This document shows, piece after piece, positions 1 through 14,900 of a DNA stretch of 64,000 nt. Position numbers and translations under genes: made by a program. Numbering within the stretch: position 1 is the first letter of the stretch; the number at the start of each line of letters is the position of its first letter. A model generated the notes under the pieces. It was not told the origin of the DNA and did no database searches. It saw only the letters and a list, made by a program, of their open reading frames with translations. Where the stretch lies: the NCBI GenBank assembly GCA_015680685.1, contig MNCI01000918.1, positions 85,042 to 149,041 on the forward strand. Direction: 5' to 3'. This DNA comes from Gnetum montanum (taxonomy: Eukaryota > Plantae > Gnetophyta).

Positions 1-1836
1 ACACCTATTACATGGAGGCATTTCCTCCATGTTATCACCCGATGAATCACTGTATGTGATGCATGGAACTTTCCTCTTCTCGATCTTTCCACAAATGTTT
101 ATCTTAGAGATTTCCAAGTAAAGATCGTGGATCCTAAGGCATGCATCTACTGTACTTAGCCATGCCCTTCCCATTATAATTGGAAAGTCCCCTTCATTTT
201 TTTCACTTCAATCACCAGAAAATCAGCTGGGTAAGACCAACCACACATAGTGGTAATGATGTCCTCAACCAATCCCAAGGAAATAGTGATGGATTGGTGT
301 GCCAGCTCTAGTTGAATGTTACTCTTCTTAAGTTGGGGTAGGTTCCAAGCGTGATACATCTCTCGTGAAATTAAGTTGACTCCGAAACCTGAGTCAAGAA
401 GAGCCCTATGTGGTTCATTTTCGACGATCTGCAAATAGATTAAGGGACTCCCAGGGTCAGTTAGTTTCCTGGGAAGGTGGCCTACCTTAATCTAGTAGGT
501 TACAGTATGCGTTAACATAACTGTATGCGTTAAGCTCTGATTTTGGATCGAAGGGTGCTCCAAAGTGTTAGATGATGGAGGAGTGTACATGGGCCCAACC
601 GATTGTTGTTGTGAGAGTTTGTCTAGGCTTTTGGTTCTGAAGAAGGGTCTTCTTTTTTTACAGTTGTCAGAACCAGCAGCAGGTTTGATATTTACAACTC
701 TCGCAGCGTGACGTTGCTGCGGTTGAGGAGGAAGTTCCCCTTGCATTGTTGGAGCAAGAGGTGTTATGGGAACTACTTGTGGTGAAAGAGGTGCGAATGG
801 ATTTGGAGGATGATGTGGGTATGGAGTGTCTCCCGGAGGAGAAGGAGTCCTTCTAAAGTACTCCCGAACTTGGTAGTGATCGTTGGGGGTTGTGTGACTC
901 ATAGAGTCACTTGGAGAGATCAGCTGCTGTACATGATATCCATAAGGATCAGGCTGCCGGTAAGGGTACTGATGTTTCAACAATGGCATCCCCCATGACT
1001 GTGGGTATTGCCACTGCTGATGTTGTCTGATGGGTTGTCTCGGAGTTCCACTTGGATAATACATTAGTGGTTGGTGGAACTGCCTTGGGTTACCTTGTGG
1101 ATAAGGTAACCTACGGGGTGTTTGCCATTGGTTAAGTCTTGGATTTAGCACATACACCCCAGACTCTTGTAGATGTGAGATAATGGGGCAACATCCCTTA
1201 GGATGGTCATAGTGGCAGATCTCACATCCACCGTCNNNNNNNNNNNNNNNNNNNNNNNNNNNNNNNNNNNNNNNNNNNNNNNNNNNNNNNNNNNNNNNNN
1301 NNNNNNNNNNNNNNNNNNNNNNNNNNNNNNNNNNNNNNNNNNNNNNNNNNNNNNNNNNNNNNNNNNNNNNNNNNNNNNNNNNNNNNNNNNNNNNNNNNNN
1401 NNNNNNNNNNNNNNNNNNNNNNNNNNNNNNNNNNNNNNNNNNNNNNNNNNNNNNNNNNNNNNNNNNNNNNNNNNNNNNNNNNNNNNNNNNNNNNNNNNNN
1501 NNNNNNNNNNNNNNNNNNNNNNNNNNNNNNNNNNNNNNNNNNNNNNNNNNNNNNNNNNNNNNNNNNNNNNNNNNNNNNNNNNNNNNNNNNNNNNNNNNNN
1601 NNNNNNNNNNNNNNNNNNNNNNNNNNNNAGGCAACAATGTAAAAATGTGTAGTAGCAGGCCATGGCAGCATCCAAGGGTTCATATGTACCTTGTTTCTAG
1701 CCTTGGATCTGCTTACGCAAATTGGACACTTTGGAGTATGTCTGATACTTTTCATTGAATAGTTCTAGCATTGTACTCCACCTCCTGATGGTTTTTGGTT
1801 CTAAGGACCGGTACCAGCTCTCTGCTTCTTTAGTGA
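1..1836 (-). mobile_element. Degenerate Ty3/Gypsy (Athila-like) gag-aspartic protease fragment
   Basis: Retrotrans_gag-like TKEAESWYRSLEPKTIRRWSTMLELFNEKY (1697-1836); CEICHYDHPKGCC knuckle; Pro/Gln-rich linker; protease ALLDSG...YPADFLVIEV (174-434); interrupted by a gap. Confidence 0.8.
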
Positions 1837-3839
1837 GTGTCCCTAGGAACAACTGATTTCCTAGTGGTCCAAGTAAACAATGACAAAGGGGACTTCCCAA
1901 TAATAATGGGAAGGGCATGGCTAAGTACCATAAATACATGCCTAGGAATCTGTGATCTTTCCCTGGAAATATCTAAGGAAAATACTTTTGGAAAGATTGA
2001 GAAGAAGAAAGTTCCATGCATCACATACAGTGATACAGAGGGTGATGGCATACAAGAATGTTCAGCATTGCCTGCATGCAACAGGTGTGCCCAGGAAATT
2101 AACATACAAAAGTGCCTATATGTAGCAACCACACAATAAGAAAACACCCTGTGGTTGATAGCTAATCAAAGGAGCAACTCATCAACATGCATGGAACTAA
2201 CTGAAGGAACAACTTGCACTCACATCGAAAGCATAGATACACTGGAACAAGAGCATTGCCAACTTCCAAACCTTAACTTGAAAACATTAATTGGGGGAAG
2301 TTGGAAACTCCTAAAAAATTCAAACAAATACTCTGATAACATAATGCTAGTTAGTGTACAAGAGACCAAACCTTACTATGAATCTCAAACGGTCAATGCA
2401 CATAGCACATCGGAGCCCTCACTCATTATTTCGGATCTCCTCCTTTCAACTCAGTCATTGGGGAAATGGCCACCTTTGTTGATCAATCAAGGCCCTCAGT
2501 TCCTTTTTAAGTTTTTGTTTTACACATTTTTGTTTCACACATTTTTGTTTTACAAATTTCTTTAACTTTTCTTGTTTNTTTCAAACTAAGGACTCAAGGA
2601 TTGAAAAGGGTGTGACTTCAAGGGGATTTGATGCATTTGTGTTCGCCATTCTCTTGGGTGTTTGGATGTTTTCTTCTTAAGTTTTCCTTACATTCCGACG
2701 CTGCTTCATTATCGGGAAGCTGAGCTAATAAAAATAATAAGTCTTTGCATGGTGTGGTTCTCACGAAAAAAAAAGAGAAAAGAGAAAGTGAGAATTCAAA
2801 GCACACCCCTTAGATGAAATAATCATCTAGGCTACAAGCACTAGTTATGGAACTAAATAAACATGTTTCCTCTAACTAAGGCCCTTTTTCGCTTCCTACT
2901 TTCTCCTTTTTCGTTTCGTTGGAATGGTGGTAACTTTTTGGCGGAAGCATTCTTGTTACTTCAAGTGGATGGATTGATCAAATGTATTAATGTGAAATCA
3001 CTGAATGTGGATTTTTTGAGGTCGTATTTGGAATGAGATCTACTAAGTCACATTAACCATTAATACACAAGGGGCTATACACCACCTTGTTCTTGAGACT
3101 TCATTCCATTCTCTTCTTTTCATCGTTCTTTCTCCATTGTTCACCGCATTACCGGTTGTATTAGTAGTCTATATTTTGGTTGATGCATTGTTTTCTTTCT
3201 GGTAAACTCTTGTGGTTAAGACTTTAACTCTTGCTTCCAAATGACATTTCCAGAGCCTATGGACTCTTTGAATGTGGGAATGTCAAGGCATTAAGGGCAT
3301 GAGCCTACTTTGGGGAGGACCCACTGGCATTCCTATTTGGTGCATCGGTTAATTTCTTTCCCTTAAACATTTTTGCAATCAACATTTATTTTGTTCATCT
3401 CCATCTCTGACATCCATTTCACTAGCGTTGCCGTTGTTTCTTTTTCTCTGTTTTCTTATTCCTTATCTTTTTCCATTCTATTGCTACCAGAGGTTCGCTC
3501 TTAGTCATGGGGGTCCTGGTCCAATTTTTTTGATTTTCTCTTAACCCCTACACCTTGGGTAGTCACCAGTGTTATATCTCCAGAATCTGCATTAGCCATA
3601 TCACAACTCAACCAATGGCCCTTACACTAAGGCAAGGTATCAACTGCATTATGATTCATTTACCCTTGCTAATATAAGATTGTGTTGTGTGTGCAGATGG
3701 CAATCATACACCAATGGACTGGATCTGGAGGGAACACTTGGAATGGACCGGTGCTGAAGTAGTTATGCAAGGAACAAGATCAATGGTGTGCTTATGGATG
3801 GACAATGAAAAGCGCAATCCTGGCATCGGCAGCAATAGA

Positions 3840-3888
3840 CTTCTTCTTTTCTCTCTCTTCTCTCTTCTCTCTTCTCTCTTCTCTCTTA
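3840..3888. repeat. (CT/CTCTT)n pyrimidine microsatellite
   Basis: ttcttcttttctctctcttctctcttctctcttctctcttctctctt. Confidence 0.8.
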
Positions 3889-4088
3889 GCTGCCAAATAA
3901 GGCTGGATGTCAAATGTGTATAGTGTTCACTCTTGTTGTCATGAACTCTAATTTTGTCATGTATTATAATGATGATTCGTTCACATGTCACCCCATTCAC
4001 CATTAGTATCATTCAAGTCAATAATCCCATACCTTCCCAATATTTTGTAAGGAACTTGAGGACAAGTTTTCATTCAGTCATGGGGGTA

Positions 4089-4886
4089 TGATGAGCTGCA
4101 ATATCGCGTCCGCCCCCGCAATATTGCGTATGCGATATCGCGGTCTACTAAAACATCTATAAATAAGAGGCAGCTTTCCCTTGTTCAATCATCTAGAATT
4201 AACCCCTTAGCCAAACTATAGCAGTTTTACCATTCCAGAGTTAGAATAATTTCCATGTGCCTATAGTAGGAGTCCTAAAGTGAACGGATCTTTATTCGCG
4301 CAAATTGTACCTGAGCACACATTTGTGTACGACAATAAAGATGAACTTTCTAATAAACCTTGCAGCATGTGGACTAAGCTAAATAGGATTTAATTATCAT
4401 TAAATGTTTAAATGCTTTCTTAGATAATTAATCTCTCTTAACCCTCAACTCTCCTAGTTAAGTGCATTCAGTACGACCACTTCGAGCAGATGTGCAACGC
4501 TTGGTAACCCAATAACAAGTAGCGTTTGGTAATCCCAACAATGTTGCACTGGTTCAGGGTGTGTATGACAAGTGGGAACGGATACTAGTGCTAGGATGAT
4601 TAGAACTTAGTTAGTGAATAGTTAATGAAAGTTAGTCAATTAGTTCTCTTCACCCTTCCCCATTAGCATAGGACATTAAAAAGACAAAAGACATAAAAAT
4701 CATGTACCTCAAGCTTACTTAACCATACAATCGTGACAATACAAGTAAGTTTGGGAAGACAACGATTGATTAACCTTAAGTGTTCCATTATGGCGCGTAA
4801 GCACTTAGTCCTTGGAGTTCGACCGGATCGTGCGTGAGACGCTCGTATTTGTATGGTTGAGTGTAGGGGTACCTCGCCACTCATCA
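4089..4886 (+). repeat. LTR (798 bp), TGATGAG...CTCATCA
   Basis: 7-bp terminal inverted repeats TGATGAG/CTCATCA, preceded by a PPT-like tract, TATA-like ctataaata near 4158, no PBS after it. Confidence 0.75.
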
Positions 4887-6269
4887 AGGACTTAATGATA
4901 AAATTTCAACTTTTGACCAAAACCTCATCAAACTAAGAAAGGTATATGAATGAAACAAAGATTTTATCTAAGAGACTAATCCTAGATTATCTTTATGATC
5001 ATAGATGATACCTAAGTGAGGACCATAAGCAAGAGGGCCATCATAGCCCAAGGAGAAATGACCATGTAGTGGAAGGGGATAACAACAACAACCCTAAGAG
5101 CAAGTAGCTGAGACCACCCATGCTACCAGGCCCTTACATGAGGAGCCCAAAGTGAAATTGATCTATCAGATTCCTATAGTAGAAATGGGATAATCCAAAT
5201 AGGATGAGGTTCTAAGATCGTGACCTAATCTAGAGGTTATGCTCATAGCAGCCTACTTGGAGAAGGTCTGCGGCAAAAAAATTCAAAGTTCCATCCTTTA
5301 GGAACTGAGTTTAGACATTTTTTTAAGCTTGTAGTAGAAGAAGTTAGAACGCAATTGCAACAGTCTCCACTATGATTCATTCTTTCCATTGGTGGAGAAT
5401 GGTACATGGGGAAGTCCTATCTCTTCTAGAACAACAAACAAGGAGATGTAACTATTAAGGTCAAGAACATCACCATCTCCTATTCAATTGAAGCAATATC
5501 AAAGGTTCTTGGATTATCCAACACCAGGTTGAAGTATGGATATTGAAATTCCAAGACACAAGCAATGCGTCAAAGCTACATTAGCTTGCTTTCTAATAAA
5601 TAATCAAGTAGATTATAACAAAAATCATGACACTTGATGCTCTAGATTAAGATACGTGTATAGTCTTGTGGTCTTCGTGTTTTAAAAGCTTATTAAAAGA
5701 ATATGCTCATTATTATAATACACAAGGAACAATTTTATCAGCAGTTCTATAGTGTTTTCAGTGACAACCATGTTGCATTGGAAGCTATATTGAATGGAAA
5801 AGAATAGTTTGCATTCATGGTAAGGAGATGAAATTTCCTTACATGCTATCCCTTCCATTCATTGAAATGATTAGTTCTTAAGAAAACCTTCTCGTTTATA
5901 AAATAATTCTAATGTGATTATGTAGGCAATCACTCAGACATGTCATTGGCTTAAACCTAGGACCTGATCTACATTGCATTGAAAATAAGAATGAAAAGCT
6001 TAGATGAAGGTCTAACGCATTAAAAGGTGGACTGTGTAAGACAACTGGCAATCACTCCAAGATGAACTCCTGCTTGCTTCAAAAGTGTCTCTACAGCATC
6101 AGCGTCAAGATAGTTTCTCATGCTTTATATTGGTATTATAATTGCTAGCTATTGGGATGATAGTTAGTACTTTTAGATAAGGAGTTTTGTTTGACTGTAC
6201 TTGAAATTCCTTTTAATTTTTTTCCCATTAACATTTGGTCAAACAAAAATAGGTGAGATCTCATGTATC

Positions 6270-6850
6270 CAAGGAGATGAACTTAGTGAACCCTAAGTTA
6301 AAATTCAATTTGAGTTTACAATGTGCTATCCAAAGTTTATATAAAGAAATAACTTTTAAACTAAAATGTGAAACTATTAGATTTTACGATGAGTGGAGTA
6401 AAGCAAGGTCATTCCTTTCACCAATATTGTTCAACATTGTTATTGATAAATTAAAAAAGTAAATTAAATATGTATTTACAAATTATGTCATTAAAGTGAA
6501 TCAATTATGGATACAAATTTTAATCTTTGTAGATAATGTAGCACTAATTGCAAATTTAGAAACAATCTTAAAAGTAGTGTTGCATCAACTAGGAAAGTTT
6601 TCTATGAATGTACATAAATAAAGGTGAATGTTGACAAAACACAAATGTTAATTTGTGAAACTAATAAGAAAGATTATAACTTTTTAGATAAATGATAAAA
6701 AATTTGAGATTGTAAAGAAATATAAATATTTGGGATTAGAATGCTCTCAAAATTATTAAGTCGAAACATTGTATATTGCAGTATATCATAGTGAGTTGCA
6801 AATGATTGGAAAGTTTTATATGCAATGAAAATAGATGTTGCAATCATAGA
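6270..6850 (+). mobile_element. Highly decayed non-LTR RT fragment (RTE-X/L2/CR1-like)
   Basis: LSPILFNIVIDK, FVDNVALIA (FADD-equivalent), KVNVDKTQM and EIVKKYKYLG occur in the correct order across frames. Confidence 0.6.
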
Positions 6851-8917
6851 AGATAATTTAAAAACTAATTCTTTTTAGATAAATTCAAAGTGAAAAGTTT
6901 GACTCTCAACCAACTAGATTATATATAATTTATATATAAGGTGGCTGGGAGCATATAGCTTAAGGAAATTTTACAAGACCACTACAAATCACCATCTTCT
7001 CTCCCCATCCTCTATTTCAATAATTCCTAACATTCTACTTGAATAATAAAAATAAAAATAACAATTAAATCTTGGGAAGAATCAACTTTTGGTGTGTATA
7101 TATGTTTCAATTATTTCAGGTTCCAACACCCCTTAATAAAGGTAATGTCATAAATATCCCAATTTAGCCATCATGGCATTCTACAATTTTGTAAATAAGT
7201 TACTAATTATAGTTAATCTTTAATTATTTGAATCTACTTTATCTCACCTTTTAAAAAATCATATTACCCACTTTATAGTTAAGCCATGTCGAAGTCCATT
7301 AAATATTTTCCAAATCTCTATCCAAACTAACTCTTCCCCATATTTTAATCATCTAAAAGTTATTTTTAAAATTCCCTTTACTACATCATATGTAAATTGT
7401 AAAATATAACTAATTATGTAATTTGCGTGATCATAAAACAAACTTTTATGAAACACTTTATTTTGTGCAAATGAAATATTAATGTTTGGAGTAACTTTAT
7501 TTCTAAAAATTTCATGAACCTTGCTTTATCATTTGCAACAAGATTCTATTTTTTTTTTTTCCTTTTCAACAAATTTTGTAACTCTTATAGAAAAAGTTGT
7601 ATACATTCAATTCTACCATGTAGCATTGAGTTAAAAAAAAATTTAAAAAATTCCTCAAAACAGAATTTTGAAGCTAATCTGATAGATCTAAGGGGGTTTT
7701 CAATACCTACATTAGCTTAACACCCTCATAATTAAGCATGTGAATTACACAACAACCACAAGCTATAAGCATACCTCACTTTCTCCCCTAATTTTTTTAA
7801 TACCATCTATAATGTCATTATGTATGCTCTCTATTTTACTTTCTTCATGTGCCCAAATTAGAATCATTCAAAGTGCAATGGCATCATCATCATAGCCTTG
7901 TATCAACAATCCTTCAACAAGTGTCATCTCTTACTAATAATAATTGTTTTACTTTTTCTTCATGTTGCAATTTTTACTTTGAACTCTATCTTAACCAAGA
8001 TAGTGCTATTCTTAGTAGATATCTAGAGCATAGAAGTGTTTTTAAGTACACATCACTTTATTCTATGCAATATCGAAAGATTTATTCCTGCACTTCTAGC
8101 ATAATTTAATGTTACTCTTTCAATCTAACATGATTTAAAGCTACTCTTTCAATTTAATAATTTAGGTGGCAAAAGTTAATTGTAAGAACCGTCCACAATG
8201 AAACATGTGACATGCATGGTTGCATATCATTTAAATAATGAATTAAGAAAAGCAGGTATGTGAAACGGAATTGTTCATCTTGAACAGAAATTAATATACA
8301 AGATTTTGTATCATCCTACAGTTCATCATGCAATTACAAATTAAAACTACAATAACCACATTCAAATACGAGGGTGAAAATTTGGAAATTTGGTGCTTTT
8401 CAGTGTTCCCCCAAAACCTCTTGAATTGCAAATTTCAAATATGTTTGTTGAGACGACGTATCTCGAGCAATTTTGTTAAATGTGGATAATAGATTCTTTT
8501 ATAAATGTAGATTGCAACGCTTTTTATGGTCAAAGCTACAGGATTTTCACAAATCATATCATTATATAATTTTAGGCGACTTACCACCTTTTGCGGTGAT
8601 CAGTCTGGAAATATATTTCCTCTTGGCCAATGGTTTCAAGTTGACGAGAATCACAATTATACGTAAGCTCAACCCAATGAAAGGAACAAATATACATTTT
8701 TACAAAAACCACGCTTTCAGGATCAAAACTGACATGACTCTCTCTCTCTCTTTACTCACATTACTCTTCTTCCAGTTATATATGCTGTAAAGCATACAAA
8801 AAATTGACACTATTATACAGTTTTAAAAATATATGAATCAATACTCCTATCATTGATTCATATGAAACTCTCTCAATGGAAGTGAAATCAAATGCAATAT
8901 CTCACAATACTTGATGA

Positions 8918-8983
8918 CTACATGTACAGTTGCAGCCACTGTTTGCACATATCCATAACAGGAACCGCCCCTGTTTTTGAAGC
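8918..8983 (-). CDS. ZFYVE26: SPG15-like terminal coding exon (ASKTGAVPVMDMCKQWLQLYM*)
   Basis: tttcag| acceptor, TAG stop at 8918-8920. Confidence 0.88.
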   Translation of the reverse strand, partial: ASKTGAVPVMDMCKQWLQLYM

Positions 8984-11900
8984 CTGAAATTCAGCCAATA
9001 CTATCAGGATATTGTAATACAAACAGGAACAAATCAGATGATAATTCAAGGCTATTGATTTTAAATATTAAGAAATCACTAGCAATATAATAATAGTAAC
9101 AATGATGCATAGTAACAATGAGGCATCAGCTTAATAGTAAGAGTGTTGGCTTAGTTACTCCATGTCCCTGGTTTAATTCTAGTGGGCAACACTGAATTAT
9201 AAATTTAAAAAAAATTCATAAAAAGAATTCTGAAGCTGGTTCATATTGGATTTAAAAGCCAGAAGTCTTTCCATATTAACATAGAAAAATTATATCCAAA
9301 AATAATTTTTTTTTGAACAATTATCAGTTAAAACAGAATATTACACCCATGTCTGTGCTGTAATTAATAAAATGGTCTTTTCATGATAACATACGAGAAC
9401 AGTGTTCTCAACTTTAATCCAATGCAAATAATGATGACCGTAGTAAAACATGCCCAAATGAGTATCCAGGCTTCAATCAGCTGTTTCAATCTAGAGGATA
9501 TGGGAATGTCTCAGCGTTCAAATATAACTTTTCATCAATTTTGTCATAATAAAAATTGAAAAAAAATGAAATAGATCCCTTTGATTTTTAGATATGATAA
9601 AAGCTTGTGGCTGTTCTTGAAAGTACAGCTATTTTCATTTAATTTTTCCATTCATTGATGACTATGTATGTTGCTCATTAAACCCTTAAGGTGAACCCAG
9701 AAACCCTTAATTGTGGTTGGATACAAGGTTGACATGCAATTCTAATGAAACTTAGTAGAAAGAACTGTGACTTGCTTGAGCATGATATGTATTTAATCTA
9801 CATCTACTGCTTTTCTTTGAGTTCCTGTTTCTACTTGAGACATTCCCAGAAAAACGATAGTACTATTTGTTAGCAGATATTGTTTCAAGACCACTAGCTG
9901 TAAACTTCAAGTGAATCTACCTGATGGCCAACGTACTGGACATCTGCAACATTCCCACTCCGTGAAGCAATTTGGAAAGCAGTTTTCAACCGTCCACACA
10001 CTACACATGCCAGCACCTTCCTGGAAGTTTTCAAACATGCTTTAAGACATTAACAAACTTTTCCTGAATGTGAATCTTTAAGTGTTTCACATGATAAACA
10101 GAAAAATGCCAAATACCTGTGACTGCTTGAAAGCATATCTATCAGCCTGTCCGGACGTTCTCTATGTTTTGTTGCAAATACATTAATTGCAGCTCCAAGC
10201 ACCTAAATGAAAATACATCATCAATATAATAGCATGAGGAGGAACATATCATTCATTTATACCAAATTTACACTGTTTGATAAGCTTTTCAATATTATAT
10301 TAAATTATAAAATTTCCTATATATAGAAGAAACGGAATACTGAAAATAAGAGGCAATACCTGGTCCCACTCCTCATCCTCAATAGTGCCCTTAATATTTT
10401 TCAGAAAATCTGTCAACTGATTGCCCTTCTTTCTCTCTGCAAGAGAAGCAGCAACACCAGCGTATATGTGGACAGCTGCATTGATAATACTGAGGTTAAA
10501 ATGTCGAAGTAACAATAAACATTCACTCTAGAAATTTGGATGAGTACTAATTTATAACTCATGGCATGTAATTTCAACATTTAAAGTATAACAGGTATGT
10601 TATCTCATACCAGGAAGCTGAAATTCATAAATTATCTGGAACGCTAAGTCAAAATTTCTCTCGACAAGTGTCTCAGCCACTTCACACCTCCTCCTGCAAA
10701 ACCAGAATGACATCACTAATCAAAACTATCGTCAAATGCAACAAAAACATAAAATTCATGAAAAACTCACTATAAAGACTTATCCTTGTTAAAAACAAAG
10801 CAAATTTTGCGAAACATTTCGTCAAAGAGAAAAAATATAAATAAATAATTTAAAGGAATTTACTCATGAAAACAAATCCCATTTCACAAACAGGCACATG
10901 TTTGACCTTTAATATACGTTTCCTTATGGAGATTGAACAAATAAAATATCACAAACCTGAAAGTCTCATCAATGGGATTTCCAAAAAGTGAATGCTTCCA
11001 TGGTGGTCCATCAGCATCACTAAAAGAGCGAACAACTTCCATCTGCATAATAAGGAACAAACTACTTATTTATTGCCATATTTCATTCTCTAAGTGAAAA
11101 TAAGGATAGATTTAGTTTATCACATAATTTGGATGTTAACTGAAGACAAAATTACACATTTCTTAATTTCAATATGCTTCTTTGGAAATTATTATATTTT
11201 TGCATCGGTTGATATTCAGTGTTATTTTCTGAGTCTTTTGTTATGATGATCCAACGGAATGTTGCCAGGTGTTTGAAATCCCTTCAGAGTAGCATTTGAG
11301 GAGAAATAAAATAGTTAAAACCCAATTTCAAAACAATTGGAATAGATATACTATAGTGTTACTGTGGACTCTGCTAACAAAGAGAGATTAAGGGTTGTTT
11401 GTCCAACTCATATTGGATACACGATGCACCATATGCTAGGATCAGAACATCAACGTCCCAATGTTAATGGTTTAGAAAGGCCATCACCTGGAGGCTCAAA
11501 GATCATCGTACCAATAGAGTCCTGGGAAGGTTTATGGATGAGTATGAACCTAACAGAATGATGGTAGAGTGCTTGTTTCTCAAGTCATAAGACCTTGTTT
11601 CTATCTTATATTAGATTGTATATGATTACTTGAAGAAATGTGAGGTCCAGGTAGGCAGCATTGGATAAAACTGAATGGAATACTGGCAGCTATGCAGTTG
11701 TTCAGGTCCAGGTGGTCGCATTTGAGGCTGACTAGAATCTAAAAGTTCCAAGTTCTAGGACACATTTAAAAGGTTGGAAGTAGATGTTAATTTTAAGAAC
11801 ATAACAAAAGGTAGATCTTAGTGGCACAGTCGTCATATGAATAAGATCAGTAGAGATGCTAACATTATAAAAACTTTCTATGAGCAATTGCAGGGCAATG

Positions 11901-14900
11901 TATTGACTACCATCCCTGAATGCATTTTTTAAAAATAATTTTTATTAACCATTCTTCATCCCTGTTTCATGAAGTAATCTATAGCTTTTTCTCCCTATTT
12001 TAACACATCTCAAATCAAAAAACACATCAACTTCAATACTGATCCTGATACTGATATTTCATTACATCTATGTAGACCCAATGGATCTGTCAAACAAATG
12101 AACTTGTGTAAAATACATCAATAGTAATGAATCCTAAGTACAATAGATGTGTCCAATATTCATGTAACTTGAACATGGCTTCTATATAATTTCATATTCA
12201 TGTAACTTGAACACATCTTCTATATAATTGCCTAGAATGAACACTGGTAGCTTGAATAGCTTATACAAAGACTGACTAGAGATTTTTCATTTTCTTGTAA
12301 AGTATATGTTCTGCAACATTCTAATGATACATGTTGCTCATCTTCTACCACTTGTAGTAAATACAATCGACATATTTTATCTTCACGTTGCTTATTGTTT
12401 TATCTCCCAGTTTCAACTCAGAGATGGTGGGATCCCATTCTTACTCTACTAATTCATACTCATGGATATTGGAACTGTTGCATGTAGATATTTTGTTTCA
12501 TCATGTCTGCCTCTAATATTTTGACAATAAAATTGAAGCTTTTTTTTTTTTTGTATTTGTGCCTCATTTTGCCACTTCAATAATGAGACCCATCCGTCAC
12601 AAAAGTATGCTCTTTATCTGTTTGACATGTATATACCGTATTATATGCCTCTACAACCAGGTATGATTGTTTATTTCCACTAACCAAACGTCACAATCAT
12701 GAAACATTATACCCAATCCGCCATGCACAAATGCAGTTTCTCAAATCCCATTCATATTGCTAATGCATTGAAACCATACAGTCCCAAAAATATTTATGTT
12801 TGGTTTAAACACTTCGCCTTAACATCTTCACTCAAAACGCATCCTCATTCACAAACATTTCCAGGGTAACAAATACGATCCCAACCAAAAGATGAATTTT
12901 TCCCCCCGTCAGAAGCTTGTCATAGGAAATCGCCTTCCAAATTTTCTAATATCTTAACAACCTGAAGTAAAATCTCTTAATCTTTAACTGCTGTCGTGGA
13001 ATCTACCTCAGATCTCCCCATTACGTAAATAAGGAAGATGAGGTGACATTTCATTGTTTTTGCATCAAATAACAGCAAACAGAAAATCTAAATTTTATGC
13101 AACATTGCATCCAAAAATCTCCATGAAACGTGATGATCAGTTTTGCTACAGTCTAGTTCCAACCAAAGAAAACCTTCATTTTGTTTTGATGCAAGATCAA
13201 AATTTTCATGTAGTAGCATAAATTCATACAAACTTTGTCTTCATCCTCCTTAGCAATGACTAATGATTGAGAGTATGACATTCTAGTGTTTCAGCTGAAA
13301 CCTTAATAAGGTGACACAAACAGATAACTATGGAATCAGAAATAGATATTTCAATTGCTTTTTAGAAACCAAAGCAATCAATGGAGAATTAAAACAATTT
13401 TAAACAAATGCCCATATGACCAAATTTGCATACCATATCATATATAACCTTTCTGAAAAATCCTAATACCTCAGCACAAAATCATCATGTCATGTTACTC
13501 TCTGAATTCTCATGGTAAAAAGTGTATTTTTGACTTCGTGAACAGTCGCAGAAATATTTCATAATTTAGTATCAGCACCTGTATATTTTGCATGAAGCTG
13601 AAAATAGAACTGTAAAAGTAATCAAATGACATTCTACAACTTTCTTCTTTATCCTCAATTATCTTTACCACCTCATTCACCAACATTAAAGTCTTACTTT
13701 GAGCATAGTGCTTAAATGCTACTACATGAAAAACTTAAGTTACTATCTCATTCCTTAACTCTGTCATGGCCAGTCCCATGCCCAAGTGAGAAAAGAAGGA
13801 TAGCATCAGGTTGGCTGTTGGTTGTAAAACACCTGCCATTTTTATGATTCTTTTCAACATATTACTTATACAGAGGCATGCAACACAGCAGTGGAAGGAC
13901 CCAATTGCTGTGAGAAATAAGCAATAGCCCAGTGAGAATTAAGCAAGGGCCCAGTTTCCGCAACACAATGACAATGTTTGATCATCATTGATGAGTGTGG
14001 GTACAGAAACTAGCCCAACATAAAAACTAGGAAAAGTATCCTTCCTGATTTAAGATGGCTATATAGCTTGCTTGCAGGAAATTAAGGGGAAAAAAGAGAA
14101 AGCAAAAGGACATTGGTGAACGATTTAAACTCTTTTATTTTGGAGGGAGAGATAACTTCAGAAATGGAGTAGGAATAGTGGTTTATTAATTAACAGATGA
14201 AAGATATAGTAGAAATTCCTCGAAGAGGTCACAGGATCATGAGCATTAAGTTTATCTTAGGAAAAGAAGTTATTAATATCTTATGTGTCTATGGACCTCA
14301 AGTTGGTTTGGATGATCATGTTAAAAGAAGACCTTCCAGGATTCCTTATTCTTATCGGAGGAGATTTCAAAGGACATGTGGGAGCAACAAGACCAGCTTT
14401 TGTAAAGGTTCATATAGGGTAAGGCATTGAAGACAGTAATGAGATGGGAGACTCTATACTCAAATTTGCTTAGGTTTATGATCTTACAATAAGTAATACC
14501 TATTCAAAGAAAGCATTGAACATTTGGTGACTTTCAAGAGCAGAAGGAACTCAACTCAAATAGGTTACATCATGGGGTAAAAAAAATTTAAGAACCTGTA
14601 AGAATTGCAGAGTTATTCAAGGAGAAAGCCTTAGAACCCAACATAGACTTAGGATGATGGTTTTTCAAAATAAACTTAGGAAAGGAGTGTATTATATAAA
14701 ATGGTATAATCTAAAAGAAGAACAAACATCAAAATTTAAGAATAGACTATGTGCATAAGGACCTTGGGATTTGAACTTAAATACAAATGAAAGTTGTATC
14801 AAGAAGATAGGGAAGGACATCCTTGGATTTTCAAAAGAGAATAGGTATATTCAAAAGGAAACCTAGTGGTCGACCAAGAAAGACCAATGAACAATTCAAC

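Larger units (their letters stand above)
1837..4886 (+). mobile_element. Ty3/Gypsy (Athila-like) 3' remnant: protease tail, non-coding interior, PPT and 3' LTR
   Basis: TDFLVVQV...FPIIMGRAWLSTI protease tail is homologous to the minus-strand copy at 1-230; no RT/INT recognisable; G-rich tract (tcatgggggta) just before the LTR. Confidence 0.75.

Noticed and set aside
1236-1628. Long ORFs spanning N-runs (also 27524-28299, 43445-43558, 49156-49957)
   Set aside because: Artefacts of assembly gaps; the X residues carry no information.
9127-9185. Functional tRNA gene
   Set aside because: Only degenerate A/B-box-like motifs and no convincing cloverleaf; at most a SINE remnant.
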